The notes beneath the pieces are model-generated. The model was not told where the DNA came from. It made no database searches and saw nothing but the letters and a program-made list of their open reading frames with translations. Shown in pieces: positions 50,106 to 57,912 of a stretch of 64,000 bases of DNA. The translations under genes and the position numbers were made by a program. Origin of the DNA: Marine Group II euryarchaeote MED-G38 (GTDB taxonomy: Archaea > Thermoplasmatota > Poseidoniia > Poseidoniales > Thalassarchaeaceae); assembly GCA_002457145.1 (NCBI GenBank), contig NTJP01000001.1:32722-96721 (forward strand), written 5' to 3'. Numbering within the stretch: the stretch's first letter is position 1; the number at the start of each line of letters is the position of its first letter.

Positions 50106-50755
50106 TGATGCGCCGTATTGATAAGGCCATTAGAATAGGAAAATTATTGGATGATTTATATCCCGAACAACCAATACCTTTGGACCATAAGGATGAATAT
50201 ACACTTCTTGTTGCAGTAATGCTTTCTGCTCAAACTACTGATAAAAAAGTCAATCAAGTTACTCCTAAGTTGTTCCAAGTTGCTAATAACCCCTTTAAAA
50301 TGGACTCTCTTGAAGTGAGTGAGATTCAAAGTATAATTAGAGAAGTTGGTTTAGCACCCACTAAAGCAAAAAATTTGAAAAAAATGGCCAAACAAATAAT
50401 AGAATATGGAGGAGAAATAAAGCCCGATTGGAATTTTCTGGAGTCTCTTGCAGGAGTTGGCCATAAGACTGCGGGCGTGGTAATGTCACAGGCTTTTGGT
50501 TTACCAGCATTTCCGGTAGATACGCACATACATAGATTAGCTAAGAGATGGGGCTTAACAAAAGGAAAGTCTGTAAATCAAACTGAATATGATTTGAAAA
50601 GAATATTCCCTGAAGATACATGGAATAAAAGACATTTACAAATAATATTTTTTGGAAGGGAATACTGTCCAGCCTTGAGGCATGATTTGAGTAATTGCCC
50701 CATATGTTCATGGGCAGCATCAAAAAAACAAATTATTTTAGAATCGAGAAAGTGA
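50105..50755 (+). CDS. nth: Endonuclease III (HhH-GPD glycosylase/AP lyase) with only three Cys
   Basis: LAGVGHKTAGVV (catalytic Lys) and VDTHIHRL (Asp). The C-terminal Cys spacing is C-x9-C-x2-C, with no fourth Cys anywhere in the protein. Confidence 0.9.
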   Translation: MMRRIDKAIRIGKLLDDLYPEQPIPLDHKDEYTLLVAVMLSAQTTDKKVNQVTPKLFQVANNPFKMDSLEVSEIQSIIREVGLAPTKAKNLKKMAKQIIEYGGEIKPDWNFLESLAGVGHKTAGVVMSQAFGLPAFPVDTHIHRLAKRWGLTKGKSVNQTEYDLKRIFPEDTWNKRHLQIIFFGREYCPALRHDLSNCPICSWAASKKQIILESRK

Positions 50756-50759
50756 AAAT

Positions 50760-51329
50760 ATGGATATTTTTAAAGGCAGAATAACAGCTTCATCTTTCTC
50801 ATCCGGAGAAAGAATAGTCATCGGAGATTGGGTAGATTCTCCTCTTGGGAGTTTTACCAATATAATGTGGGCAAGGCCTGATGGAAAAAGAATACTCATT
50901 TCTCCTTCATCAGACTGCGCAAGTTATGTATCCAATATCTATTCCTTTGAAGAAGTAATAATTAATCCATTAAATGTTAAAAGAAAGAAAAAAAATATAG
51001 AGATTGAATGTAAAGATATATCCATATTTATAGAATGGGGATGGAGTTTTCCCATTCCGTTTAATCGCCCCCGATGGTTTATTTCAAATATTGAATATTT
51101 TTTCGCAAATTTGTTTTTTGGTACAAAGACGTATGGAAAAACAAAAGACAATAGAAGAGAATGGTATATGGTAAGAAGTATTTCACGGGTGAAACATGCA
51201 TCTGCCAAATATAGGGGTAAATCCTTTGGCAATATAGCAAAAATCTCAGAACCTATCAATTTTGGATTTAGCGACCCTCCTAAAATTCCATCATCTGTAC
51301 TTGTAACTTCAATGATCGGGAAAAACTAG
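50760..51329 (+). CDS. Hypothetical protein (unknown function) inside the polX-nth-bcp operon
   Basis: 189 aa, 4 nt after nth. Trp- and Phe-rich, with no motif I can name. Confidence 0.6.
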   Translation: MDIFKGRITASSFSSGERIVIGDWVDSPLGSFTNIMWARPDGKRILISPSSDCASYVSNIYSFEEVIINPLNVKRKKKNIEIECKDISIFIEWGWSFPIPFNRPRWFISNIEYFFANLFFGTKTYGKTKDNRREWYMVRSISRVKHASAKYRGKSFGNIAKISEPINFGFSDPPKIPSSVLVTSMIGKN

Positions 51330-51360
51330 ATTTCATGTGTAATGACCGTTACGCAGTAGC

Positions 51361-51843
51361 ATGGTAGAAGAAGTAGAACTTTCCATTGGAGATATAGCCC
51401 CTGGATTCGAATGTACAATTACTAATGGTGAAAAAATAAATTTATCTGAAATTATCAGTCAAGGAGAAGGCGTTATATTATATTTTTATCCTAGGGATAA
51501 TACACCTGGTTGTACTATTGAGGCATGTGATTTTAGAGATAATTTTTCCAGATTTAAAGAAACTGGTTGGAAGGTAATTGGAGTTTCCACAGATTCGGCC
51601 ACTAGTCATGAAAAATTTACTAATAAATTTGAATTGCCATTTGATTTAGTTGTTGATTCTGACGCAATTCTTCACAAACTATACGGCACATGGAGAATGA
51701 AAAATATGTATGGAAAAGAATACATGGGATGCTTGAGATCAACATTTGCTATTTCTAAAGATGGCTCAATTTCTTGGGTAAAATATGGAGTTAGAGTAAA
51801 GGGTCATGTTGAAAAGCTAATCATGGATTTAGGTGTTGCTTGA
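51361..51843 (+). CDS. bcp: Peroxiredoxin, Bcp/PrxQ type
   Basis: FYPRDNTPGCTIEAC motif. Confidence 0.9.
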   Translation: MVEEVELSIGDIAPGFECTITNGEKINLSEIISQGEGVILYFYPRDNTPGCTIEACDFRDNFSRFKETGWKVIGVSTDSATSHEKFTNKFELPFDLVVDSDAILHKLYGTWRMKNMYGKEYMGCLRSTFAISKDGSISWVKYGVRVKGHVEKLIMDLGVA

Positions 51844-52076
51844 TGGAAATTGAAGAAAAAAGAGAATTAGTTTCATCCTTTCTAAAGCATTGTATTGCCT
51901 ATTCTGATGCATCAATATCACGTAAAAAAGAAAGAGGTATCGACGCCAAAGAAATAGATAAATGGATTGCTTATAGGGATTTCTTGAGAATAACTGTTAA
52001 AGAAATTATGTCCGAAGAACTAGATTCATGGCTCGAAGAAAAAGATGTCTCATACAAACCAGGAGAAAAAAAATAA
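51843..52076 (+). CDS. Hypothetical small helical protein
   Basis: 77 aa. Its ATG overlaps the bcp stop (TGATG). No motif. Confidence 0.45.
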   Translation: MEIEEKRELVSSFLKHCIAYSDASISRKKERGIDAKEIDKWIAYRDFLRITVKEIMSEELDSWLEEKDVSYKPGEKK

Positions 52077-52077
52077 T

Positions 52078-52539
52078 TTATTCCTTTTTTAATTCAGATA
52101 GTCCAAGCCTATGCTTCTTGGTATCTATCCTCATTTTTGATCCTGGAATCATTATCAATGTGTCGGAATCATTCAAAGCGAATGCAGTCACTCCATTATT
52201 TTCTGCTAACTGATTTACTTCACGATTACATTTAGCTGTTTGACTGGGCATATGAATTAAACCAGACAAATCTACCAAAATAAGATTTCCTTTCGATAAT
52301 TCATGGCCCATTCCAGTAAGTTGTAAGCGATTTAAATTGTCAGGTTTTAAGTATATTACTTTTCGATTTGGCTTCTCCAAAAGTCGCTCAGTTCTCTCAG
52401 ATATACGTGGATCTGATAATATTAGCATGGTATTATCGCTTTTCGATTCATATTTGTCTTTAATCGAGTTTCTTATGACTTTATTCATATTTGAAGGATT
52501 GGGATTTGGTAAACCCAAAAGTCGAAAGAGATTGACCAT
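52078..52539 (-). CDS. sepF: Cell-division protein SepF (archaeal FtsZ anchor)
   Basis: N-terminal amphipathic helix MVNLFRLLGL and a linker. The core, SKGNLILVDLSGL...REVNQLAENNGVTAFALNDSDTLIMIPGSKMRID, parallels haloarchaeal SepF (YDGNLVIADITR...IVQKGDDQIVITPTGISI). Confidence 0.7.
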   Translation of the reverse strand: MVNLFRLLGLPNPNPSNMNKVIRNSIKDKYESKSDNTMLILSDPRISERTERLLEKPNRKVIYLKPDNLNRLQLTGMGHELSKGNLILVDLSGLIHMPSQTAKCNREVNQLAENNGVTAFALNDSDTLIMIPGSKMRIDTKKHRLGLSELKKE

Positions 52540-52553
52540 GTCATACCGGAGGC

Positions 52554-55500
52554 CTACTCCTCAAAGAGTGCTTCGATGTCTTCTTCACTTAGAATCTCAT
52601 TTATGGTCATTTTATCTTTCTCCGGTTCTTCTAAATTTATTACACTTGAAGTTTCAGTAATTATCTCTATACTTCCTTTTTCAATTTTATTTTCTGACAT
52701 TATTTTTTCTTTTTCCAACTCATTATTTGATTCATCAAATAATTGGTCAATTGAAACCGTGGATTTCTCTCTAGCGTCAGATTCTTTATTTTCTTTATTC
52801 CGTAGTATTATTATTGTCCCTGTTGTAGCGATTAAAATAATTAGCAAAATAGATGCTGAATTTTGCTTAACACTAGTTGTAAAGTCAAATGGAGACTTAG
52901 CCACATTAACTACCATGTAAACAGAATTACTTTCCGACTCATCATAAACAGTCAATTTAACATTTTTCTTACCTTCTGTTTCATAAATAACTTGCACCCA
53001 TCTTCCCTGCATATCAATATCATTTGATGGATCTCCGTCATTATCAGAATCTACTGAGATGTCAATGTCCCAATGATAAATCATATTTTCAATATCGTAT
53101 TCTGAATCCACTGTCCCATTAGCACTCAATGAAATAATGCCGCCTTGAACTGGATTTATTTCATCTGTAGTCGCTACCGGAGTAGGCCTGACATTCCTAA
53201 CATCTATTTCTATTTCTATACTTGCTGTTGCACCATCATCGTCAGTAACATGGAATATGATATATTCTGGAACTGTACTGGCATCCTCCCAAGTGTACGA
53301 TAAATAATTACTATTGTAATCGCAATCATCATTAGTTTGGCCTGATGAATCAGAATCCAATAATGGATCAATATCAAAACATGAGTACAAATCTGCAATA
53401 TCATTAAAACTATCGAAAACTCCAATCTCGAAAAGTAACTCCTCTCCTTCTTCTACTGGCAGCCTCTGGTTGAGAGATACTATTGATGGATTAATATTTA
53501 ATATTTCAATCGGAATAATTAAGATTTCTTCTCCATTATCAAAAATTAATGGTGCCCCATCATTATCAACTATCTGTAAAGTTGCTAATTGAAGACCACT
53601 GTAATTATAGGTGTGATTTATGAAACTCTCACTTCCTTGTTTTCGATGAATAATTTCTGGATTGTTTTCAGCATCTGGAGACCATGAAAACTGTAAACTA
53701 TCGATATCATTAATGGAATCACTTGCCCACGCTCGTACGGTTAATATTTCTCCCTCATCTGCAGTAAACACTCCTCTATTATCTGGAGTAATTTTTTGAG
53801 TTCCTGTGTAAACCTCTATTTGTCCATTATAAGGAGCTATATTAGTAACTTCAATGGCATATGTTGCAAATACTGTTTCACCATCATCATCGGTAGCAGA
53901 TACACCAATCGAAAACTCTCCTTCTGAAACAACATTCACAGTGCATTTAAGGCCTATCTGGCCTTCTTTACAGGATGTATTATTCCAAAGTATGTCAACA
54001 GGAGAATTTGGGGTCTGTGTATCTGGGTCATTTCTTTCGGTGATTTCAAACGTCACTTCCGAAAGGACTGGAATGCTATCATAATTTGACGCAAGTATTA
54101 TCTCAGGAGGCCTATTGAGGACAATTATAGAAGCTATTGTTGAAGATTGATCACTTTCTTCATCTATAATGGTCAAATATATACTAAAATTACCATCATC
54201 ATTCCATGACCATTCTAATTCACAGTCATCTTCTAAAATAGTATTGAAACCACCTCCTATGGTTTCTATATCGAATTCACAAACATAATTTCCACCATCA
54301 GGATCTACAGATGAAAGGCCACTTATTACAACCTCGTCTAAAGTATTGATAACACTAGGCAGAGATAACATTGCTGTTGGCAAAGCTCCTATGTATACTG
54401 AAAATATTCCCTGATTATTCGACTTATTACCATCTTCAGAAATATTTTCATCCGGATCTACTAAGAATTCGAGATGAGTAGAACCAAAAATTTGATTTTC
54501 TGGAACCGTCCAGTTAATCTCTACTCTCGATTCTTCAAGGCTACTTAGTGAAGGAACATAAGTAAAAGCAGTATTCCCATCTGGTGAATCAACTCTTAAT
54601 TCAGTAGGTGGAGAATCAATCAAACCTCTGTTTAGAACTGGTACAGAGAAAACTAAATGATCTCCTGATATTGCATTAAATCCTATGCTGGAATCCAAAG
54701 TAATTGTATTATTGCCTCGTGTCCTTTCTACGGTGACCCCTTCATTTCTAGTTACTAAATCCACTTCATGGATATCTAAATCCATACTTAATGAAGAAAC
54801 TCCTATTACATTCTGATTACTAATCCATGAAATTATTCCATGGCTAGCAAAATCACTGTTTGATATAGAATCATCTGTTGAGTTTCCAGTACTGAATTCC
54901 AAATGACAAGTTCCATTTTCATCAGTAACTATCTGTCGTATCTCATCTTCTATCTCATATCTAAACTCCATTGTCTGATTAGCAATAGGAAATCCTTGAT
55001 TAGTTACGTTAATCCAAGCAGATATTTCAGTATCTAAAGGAGATAGTGGGTATTGGATATCTATTTCAATAACGTTCGCTCTGTTACTAGGTTGATAAGT
55101 GGTCAATTCATGTACAGCATTAAATCCTATGCTCTCTGTAAATGATGATTTGATATCTCCTTTTATGGCAGGACAGTACCACCTATATCCACTAACCTCT
55201 CCATCACTATTATAGGTGGTAATATTATATGATTGAGAACATCCAGTGTAACTAACTCCAGAATAACCTTGAGAAACAACTGACCAACTTGATGAGTTTT
55301 CATCATTTGTATCTTCAGGAATATCTACATAGTTACTCGCTCCACTATACTCTGTTTCTTGATGGTAATTTACACTCCAGGTTTCACCAACACTTAATGG
55401 AAAATCTAATCCTTCTAGAGCAGGAGAGTAAGAATTTGTTACATTTAATTCTGCGACATCAATATCTATGCAGAACCATAGAACATCGGCACAAAAGACT

Positions 55501-55964
55501 ATTTCAACGATTGCAGACTGTGAAACAACCGCCATATCGGAAGCACGAATAATTTCTGTTGTAAGCATATCAACAGTTATATCGCCATTCTGGCCATCTA
55601 AGTTAACATTATTTGCCTCATAATTACCTATTGATTCTAGTTTGTATGTAATAGAAGAGTGATTATCAATTTCTGATATATATATTTCAGTAACCGTTTT
55701 TTCAAGTGCCCCAGATAGATACTCGATATTAGTAGAAACTCCTGATGAAGTTATGAAATCTCCAACATCAAGATAACCTTCATACATCCAATTATCATTC
55801 AATTGCCAGCTTTGCACATCTACTATCCCAGTTTGCGAACTAATATTGTTTTTATACTGTAAATTATGTTCTAAATTTTTATTTTCTGAACACAACATAG
55901 TCAATGAAATCGATGAGAAAAGTAGTAATGAAAGTAAAATTGCTTTACCTCCGACTTTTCTCAT
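52554..55964 (-). CDS. Giant PKD/Ig-like-repeat surface protein with a C-terminal TM helix and an ~80-aa acidic cytoplasmic tail
   Basis: The ATG at 55964 gives the signal MRKVGGKAILLSLLLFSSISL. It has recurring x-D-x-D-G...V-x-N-x-x-P modules (ATDDDGETVFATYAIEVTNIAP, VTDDDGATASIEIEIDVRNVRP). The TM is ILLIILIATTGTIIIL and the tail ends SEEDIEALFEE. Confidence 0.85.
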   Translation of the reverse strand: MRKVGGKAILLSLLLFSSISLTMLCSENKNLEHNLQYKNNISSQTGIVDVQSWQLNDNWMYEGYLDVGDFITSSGVSTNIEYLSGALEKTVTEIYISEIDNHSSITYKLESIGNYEANNVNLDGQNGDITVDMLTTEIIRASDMAVVSQSAIVEIVFCADVLWFCIDIDVAELNVTNSYSPALEGLDFPLSVGETWSVNYHQETEYSGASNYVDIPEDTNDENSSSWSVVSQGYSGVSYTGCSQSYNITTYNSDGEVSGYRWYCPAIKGDIKSSFTESIGFNAVHELTTYQPSNRANVIEIDIQYPLSPLDTEISAWINVTNQGFPIANQTMEFRYEIEDEIRQIVTDENGTCHLEFSTGNSTDDSISNSDFASHGIISWISNQNVIGVSSLSMDLDIHEVDLVTRNEGVTVERTRGNNTITLDSSIGFNAISGDHLVFSVPVLNRGLIDSPPTELRVDSPDGNTAFTYVPSLSSLEESRVEINWTVPENQIFGSTHLEFLVDPDENISEDGNKSNNQGIFSVYIGALPTAMLSLPSVINTLDEVVISGLSSVDPDGGNYVCEFDIETIGGGFNTILEDDCELEWSWNDDGNFSIYLTIIDEESDQSSTIASIIVLNRPPEIILASNYDSIPVLSEVTFEITERNDPDTQTPNSPVDILWNNTSCKEGQIGLKCTVNVVSEGEFSIGVSATDDDGETVFATYAIEVTNIAPYNGQIEVYTGTQKITPDNRGVFTADEGEILTVRAWASDSINDIDSLQFSWSPDAENNPEIIHRKQGSESFINHTYNYSGLQLATLQIVDNDGAPLIFDNGEEILIIPIEILNINPSIVSLNQRLPVEEGEELLFEIGVFDSFNDIADLYSCFDIDPLLDSDSSGQTNDDCDYNSNYLSYTWEDASTVPEYIIFHVTDDDGATASIEIEIDVRNVRPTPVATTDEINPVQGGIISLSANGTVDSEYDIENMIYHWDIDISVDSDNDGDPSNDIDMQGRWVQVIYETEGKKNVKLTVYDESESNSVYMVVNVAKSPFDFTTSVKQNSASILLIILIATTGTIIILRNKENKESDAREKSTVSIDQLFDESNNELEKEKIMSENKIEKGSIEIITETSSVINLEEPEKDKMTINEILSEEDIEALFEE

Positions 55965-56003
55965 AGCCCTATGCAATGGCCATTATGGATAAAAGTTGGT
56001 TTT

Positions 56004-56726
56004 CTACTGATAGAGTAAATCCGCTAATTCATCTTGAATAAACTGTACTGCTTCTAAGATTTCATCCTTGTGACGAGCACCTGTAATTACCATTTTTCCA
56101 CTACCGAATATTAGACATACTACTTTTGGATAATCTAATCTGTAAATTAATCCTGGAAATTGCTCTGGTTCATATTCAACTTTGTCAAAAGGAAGGTGAA
56201 ATGTCAGATTATTCAAATTTAATTTTCTGGGCAAACCCGCTAATAACTCGCCTTCTTTAACTCCTCTTATTCTTGGATCGTCATCTTTTATTTCTTGGTC
56301 TGTTGCAGCTCTAAGAGTTCCATCGTCATTTACTATTAGCTTACAATTAATATCATCTCTCTCGGCTATTTGATCATAATCCTCTGGGTAATATAGAGAG
56401 TATGTAGCAACCATATTTTGAACTTCTATTTCAACGTCTTTAAGATCCCATGTGTCAATTCCTGCAGCCTTTAGATCTTCAGTCATACGCTTAATTCCAG
56501 TATGGATATTATCTTCATTTTTACCTCCAGTACAAACTGCTCTTCCAGATCGGAACATAAGTATTGCAAGTTTCGGATCTACGACACGATAAACTACTCC
56601 AGGAAATTGTTCTGGTTCATATTCACAATTCAATTGTATGGCAATATCTGGCAAATCTAGTTCTTCTGCAACTCTTGTAGATGCTACTACATTTACAACA
56701 GTTAAGCGTTCTTCATCACTAAGCAT
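56004..56726 (-). CDS. tbp: TATA-box binding protein with a ~55-aa insertion in repeat 2
   Basis: Two repeats each carry EYEPEQFPG and F(R/G)SGK..(C/I)TG. The track start is GTG, and the ATG is at 56726. Confidence 0.92.
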   Translation of the reverse strand: MLSDEERLTVVNVVASTRVAEELDLPDIAIQLNCEYEPEQFPGVVYRVVDPKLAILMFRSGRAVCTGGKNEDNIHTGIKRMTEDLKAAGIDTWDLKDVEIEVQNMVATYSLYYPEDYDQIAERDDINCKLIVNDDGTLRAATDQEIKDDDPRIRGVKEGELLAGLPRKLNLNNLTFHLPFDKVEYEPEQFPGLIYRLDYPKVVCLIFGSGKMVITGARHKDEILEAVQFIQDELADLLYQ

Positions 56727-56811
56727 ATCCGGTCCCACATAATGTCACTTATAAATGATATTTTATTTAGGGCTTGAATAAAATAATTAATAAATACAAA
56801 AAAACAATTTT

Positions 56812-57783
56812 TTAGATTATTTTAACGCCTTTAGACCCTATTCTTGAAATCATAGGTTTTCCTCCGGCAATTTCAATCTGTTCTGATACTCTTTGAGGGT
56901 CCCTAGATATTGCAACCATACATCCTCCTCCTCCTGCACCAGTCATTTTTGCACCCAATGAGTATGGTCCAACGGCTTCAACTAATCTATCCAAAGAATC
57001 ACTACTGACATTAAGATTCCTAAGATGTTTATGACATTCATCCATCGCCAATCCAACGGCTTCAAAATCACCTCTTGATAAAGCATCAAGTCCTTTAATA
57101 GTAATTTCATTAATCGCGTCCATTTCATTTTTTTTACTAGGAACTCGAGATAATAAGTCCGCAACTCCTGCAACCATTTTTCCTGTAGGGGAACTTTCTC
57201 CTGTAAATCCTAATATCAACCATATTCCTTCTTTCTTTTCAGGTAATGCTGATTTAAAAATTGACCAAGAACGTTTTCCTTCAGGAGTAATCAATTCAGT
57301 ATCAAAAATATGCTCAGTACCTTTTACTGGCTCCCCAGAAACGACCACACATCCTCCTAGTGCACTTGCCGCAGTATCGGTCGGACTAGCACGACCTTCT
57401 TGTACGGCTGCTTCGGCAGAATGTCCTAACTTAGCTAATTTAACGATATCTAATTCTTCATTAGGTTTAATCATCTTGTGCAGTGCAGCACCTATAGCGT
57501 TGGACAAGGCCGCTGAAGATCCCAATCCAGCCGCAGAGAATAATTGACTTTCTATCTTTATGTCCAATGGCTCTCCATCATAAGAAAATATTTCATGTAA
57601 AATATACGAAATATGTGGGTGTTTAGACGGATCAAATTTTTCCCCTCCAACCCGCCATTCCTCTGATTTTTTAATTGAAACGTGTACTCCTTGGTCAATG
57701 GCCATAGCAACTGCTGGATGGCCATATACTACTGCATGTTCTCCAAAAAGTATGCATTTGCCTGGCGCGAATGCTTCTATCAT
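56812..57783 (-). CDS. mvk: Mevalonate kinase (GHMP family)
   Basis: APGKCILFGEHAVVYG, GLGSSAA and KMTGAGGGGC motifs. Confidence 0.9.
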   Translation of the reverse strand: MIEAFAPGKCILFGEHAVVYGHPAVAMAIDQGVHVSIKKSEEWRVGGEKFDPSKHPHISYILHEIFSYDGEPLDIKIESQLFSAAGLGSSAALSNAIGAALHKMIKPNEELDIVKLAKLGHSAEAAVQEGRASPTDTAASALGGCVVVSGEPVKGTEHIFDTELITPEGKRSWSIFKSALPEKKEGIWLILGFTGESSPTGKMVAGVADLLSRVPSKKNEMDAINEITIKGLDALSRGDFEAVGLAMDECHKHLRNLNVSSDSLDRLVEAVGPYSLGAKMTGAGGGGCMVAISRDPQRVSEQIEIAGGKPMISRIGSKGVKII

Positions 57784-57912
57784 ACTACTCCGTATGGCAT
57801 ATGGAAGATTATCATTGGGGAAACTATTATTTGTAAATTAGTGAAGCGATTATTTGAAATCTGATACACTTCACGGTCAAATATTAGTAACTCTATCTGA
57901 GGGGAATTGTAT

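Noticed and set aside
50722-50728. A7 homopolymer near the nth 3-prime end, as a possible frameshift hiding a fourth Fe-S cysteine.
   Set aside because: Translating the +1 and -1 frames downstream gives no Cys and early stops, so the three-Cys observation is not explained by a simple indel.
57841-57900. Possible C/D-box sRNA or hairpin in the mvk / Fe-S oxidoreductase divergent spacer. It has a GTGAAG...CTTCAC stem and two CTGA boxes 60 nt apart.
   Set aside because: The putative C box (GUGAAGC) departs from RUGAUGA at two key positions. There is no C-prime box, the stem is only 6 bp with a 22-nt loop, and the region is needed for two promoters.
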